A stretch of 33,456 nt of DNA from the NCBI GenBank assembly GCA_035718045.1, contig DASTHV010000034.1, positions 1-33,456 on the forward strand, given 5' to 3'. This document shows, in pieces, positions 33,238 to 33,456 of this stretch. Under the pieces are notes generated by a model. The model did not search any database and had not been told where the DNA came from. It saw only the letters and a program-made list of their open reading frames with translations. The stretch comes from Candidatus Saccharimonadales bacterium. Lineage in GTDB: Bacteria > Patescibacteriota > Saccharimonadia > Saccharimonadales > UBA10212. Within the stretch, counting starts at the first letter, position 1. Each line of letters opens with the position of its first letter. The translations under genes and the position numbers were made by a program.

Positions 33238-33456
33238 ATGCCTCACGCCGAAATTACCGGTGTCAGTAATCTGATCAGGATAGAGACGTGCGGCCATTTT
33301 ATGTGCTCGTGCAAAACAACTCTTGACGACGAGCCTATGAGCGCAATAGTAAGCGTACAAGGCTCTGTTCATGAGGATAAAATGGTTACTTCGCTGGACA
33401 TTCAGGATAAAGAGAGCAATCAAAAAACTGTCCAAATTAGCGGGATATACCGCCCC
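33238..33456 (+). CDS. Unidentified ORF, 5' part (open to the right edge); not EF-G
   Basis: Absent from the ORF track because it is open-ended. My translation from ATG 33238, 1 nt after the rpsG stop, is MPHAEITGVSNLIRIETCGHFMCSCKTTLDDEPMSAIVSVQGSVHEDKMVTSLDIQDKESNQKTVQISGIYRP with no stop. It lacks the EF-G N-terminal G1 motif (AHIDAGKTT). Confidence 0.35.
   Translation, partial: MPHAEITGVSNLIRIETCGHFMCSCKTTLDDEPMSAIVSVQGSVHEDKMVTSLDIQDKESNQKTVQISGIYRP

Noticed and set aside
33166-33435. 89-aa minus-strand ORF overlapping the end of rpsG
   Set aside because: It overlaps the conserved S7 C-terminus and has no start context. The plus-strand open frame from 33238 is the more parsimonious reading, though also unproven.

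Overview
This 33.5-kb window is a compact, mostly housekeeping stretch of bacterial chromosome. Sampled lines are about 50-60% G+C, and genes are tightly packed or overlapping. The gene set looks Gram-positive-like (ClpC, MurT/GatD, CIRCE operators). A reduced-genome lineage such as Saccharibacteria/CPR would fit, but that is inference only.

Gene order: pepN (partial, minus), plsC-like (minus), nusA, a low-GC Type II R-M cassette (beta-class methyltransferase plus MvaI/BcnI-like endonuclease), clpC, an HExxH membrane protein, radA, a class A PBP (minus), tyrS-murT-gatD-recG, a small GyrI-like protein, rsmD, tRNA-Leu(UAG), a polytopic membrane protein (minus), hisS, tig, a hypothetical, clpP, rpoB, rpoC, rpsL, rpsG, then an unidentified ORF where fusA is normally found. 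I saw no rRNA, CRISPR array, transposase or integrase. TGA is used as a stop, so the standard code applies.

I do not see a convincing multi-gene novel defence system. The only clear accessory module is the R-M cassette. The most interesting signals are these:
1. Two near-consensus CIRCE (HrcA) operators sit in front of clpC and clpP rather than chaperonin genes.
2. The clpP leader has a leaderless 25-codon uORF threaded through a 16-bp helix that buries the clpP SD and AUG.
3. A promoter-to-terminator unit encodes a candidate ~95-nt sRNA with three GNRA-capped hairpins.
4. A 154-nt three-helix palindromic element lies between the HExxH gene and radA.
5. Tandem 7-nt repeat arrays lie upstream of radA and tyrS.
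6. Nine genes carry a -10 hexamer 6-10 nt upstream of the ATG and no SD, implying leaderless mRNAs.
7. Several proteins show unusual changes: RpoC lacks both zinc sites and has a divergent trigger loop, TyrRS has TIGN in place of HIGH, and MurT lacks its Cys4 ribbon.

All family assignments come from motif recognition by eye. No searches were run.
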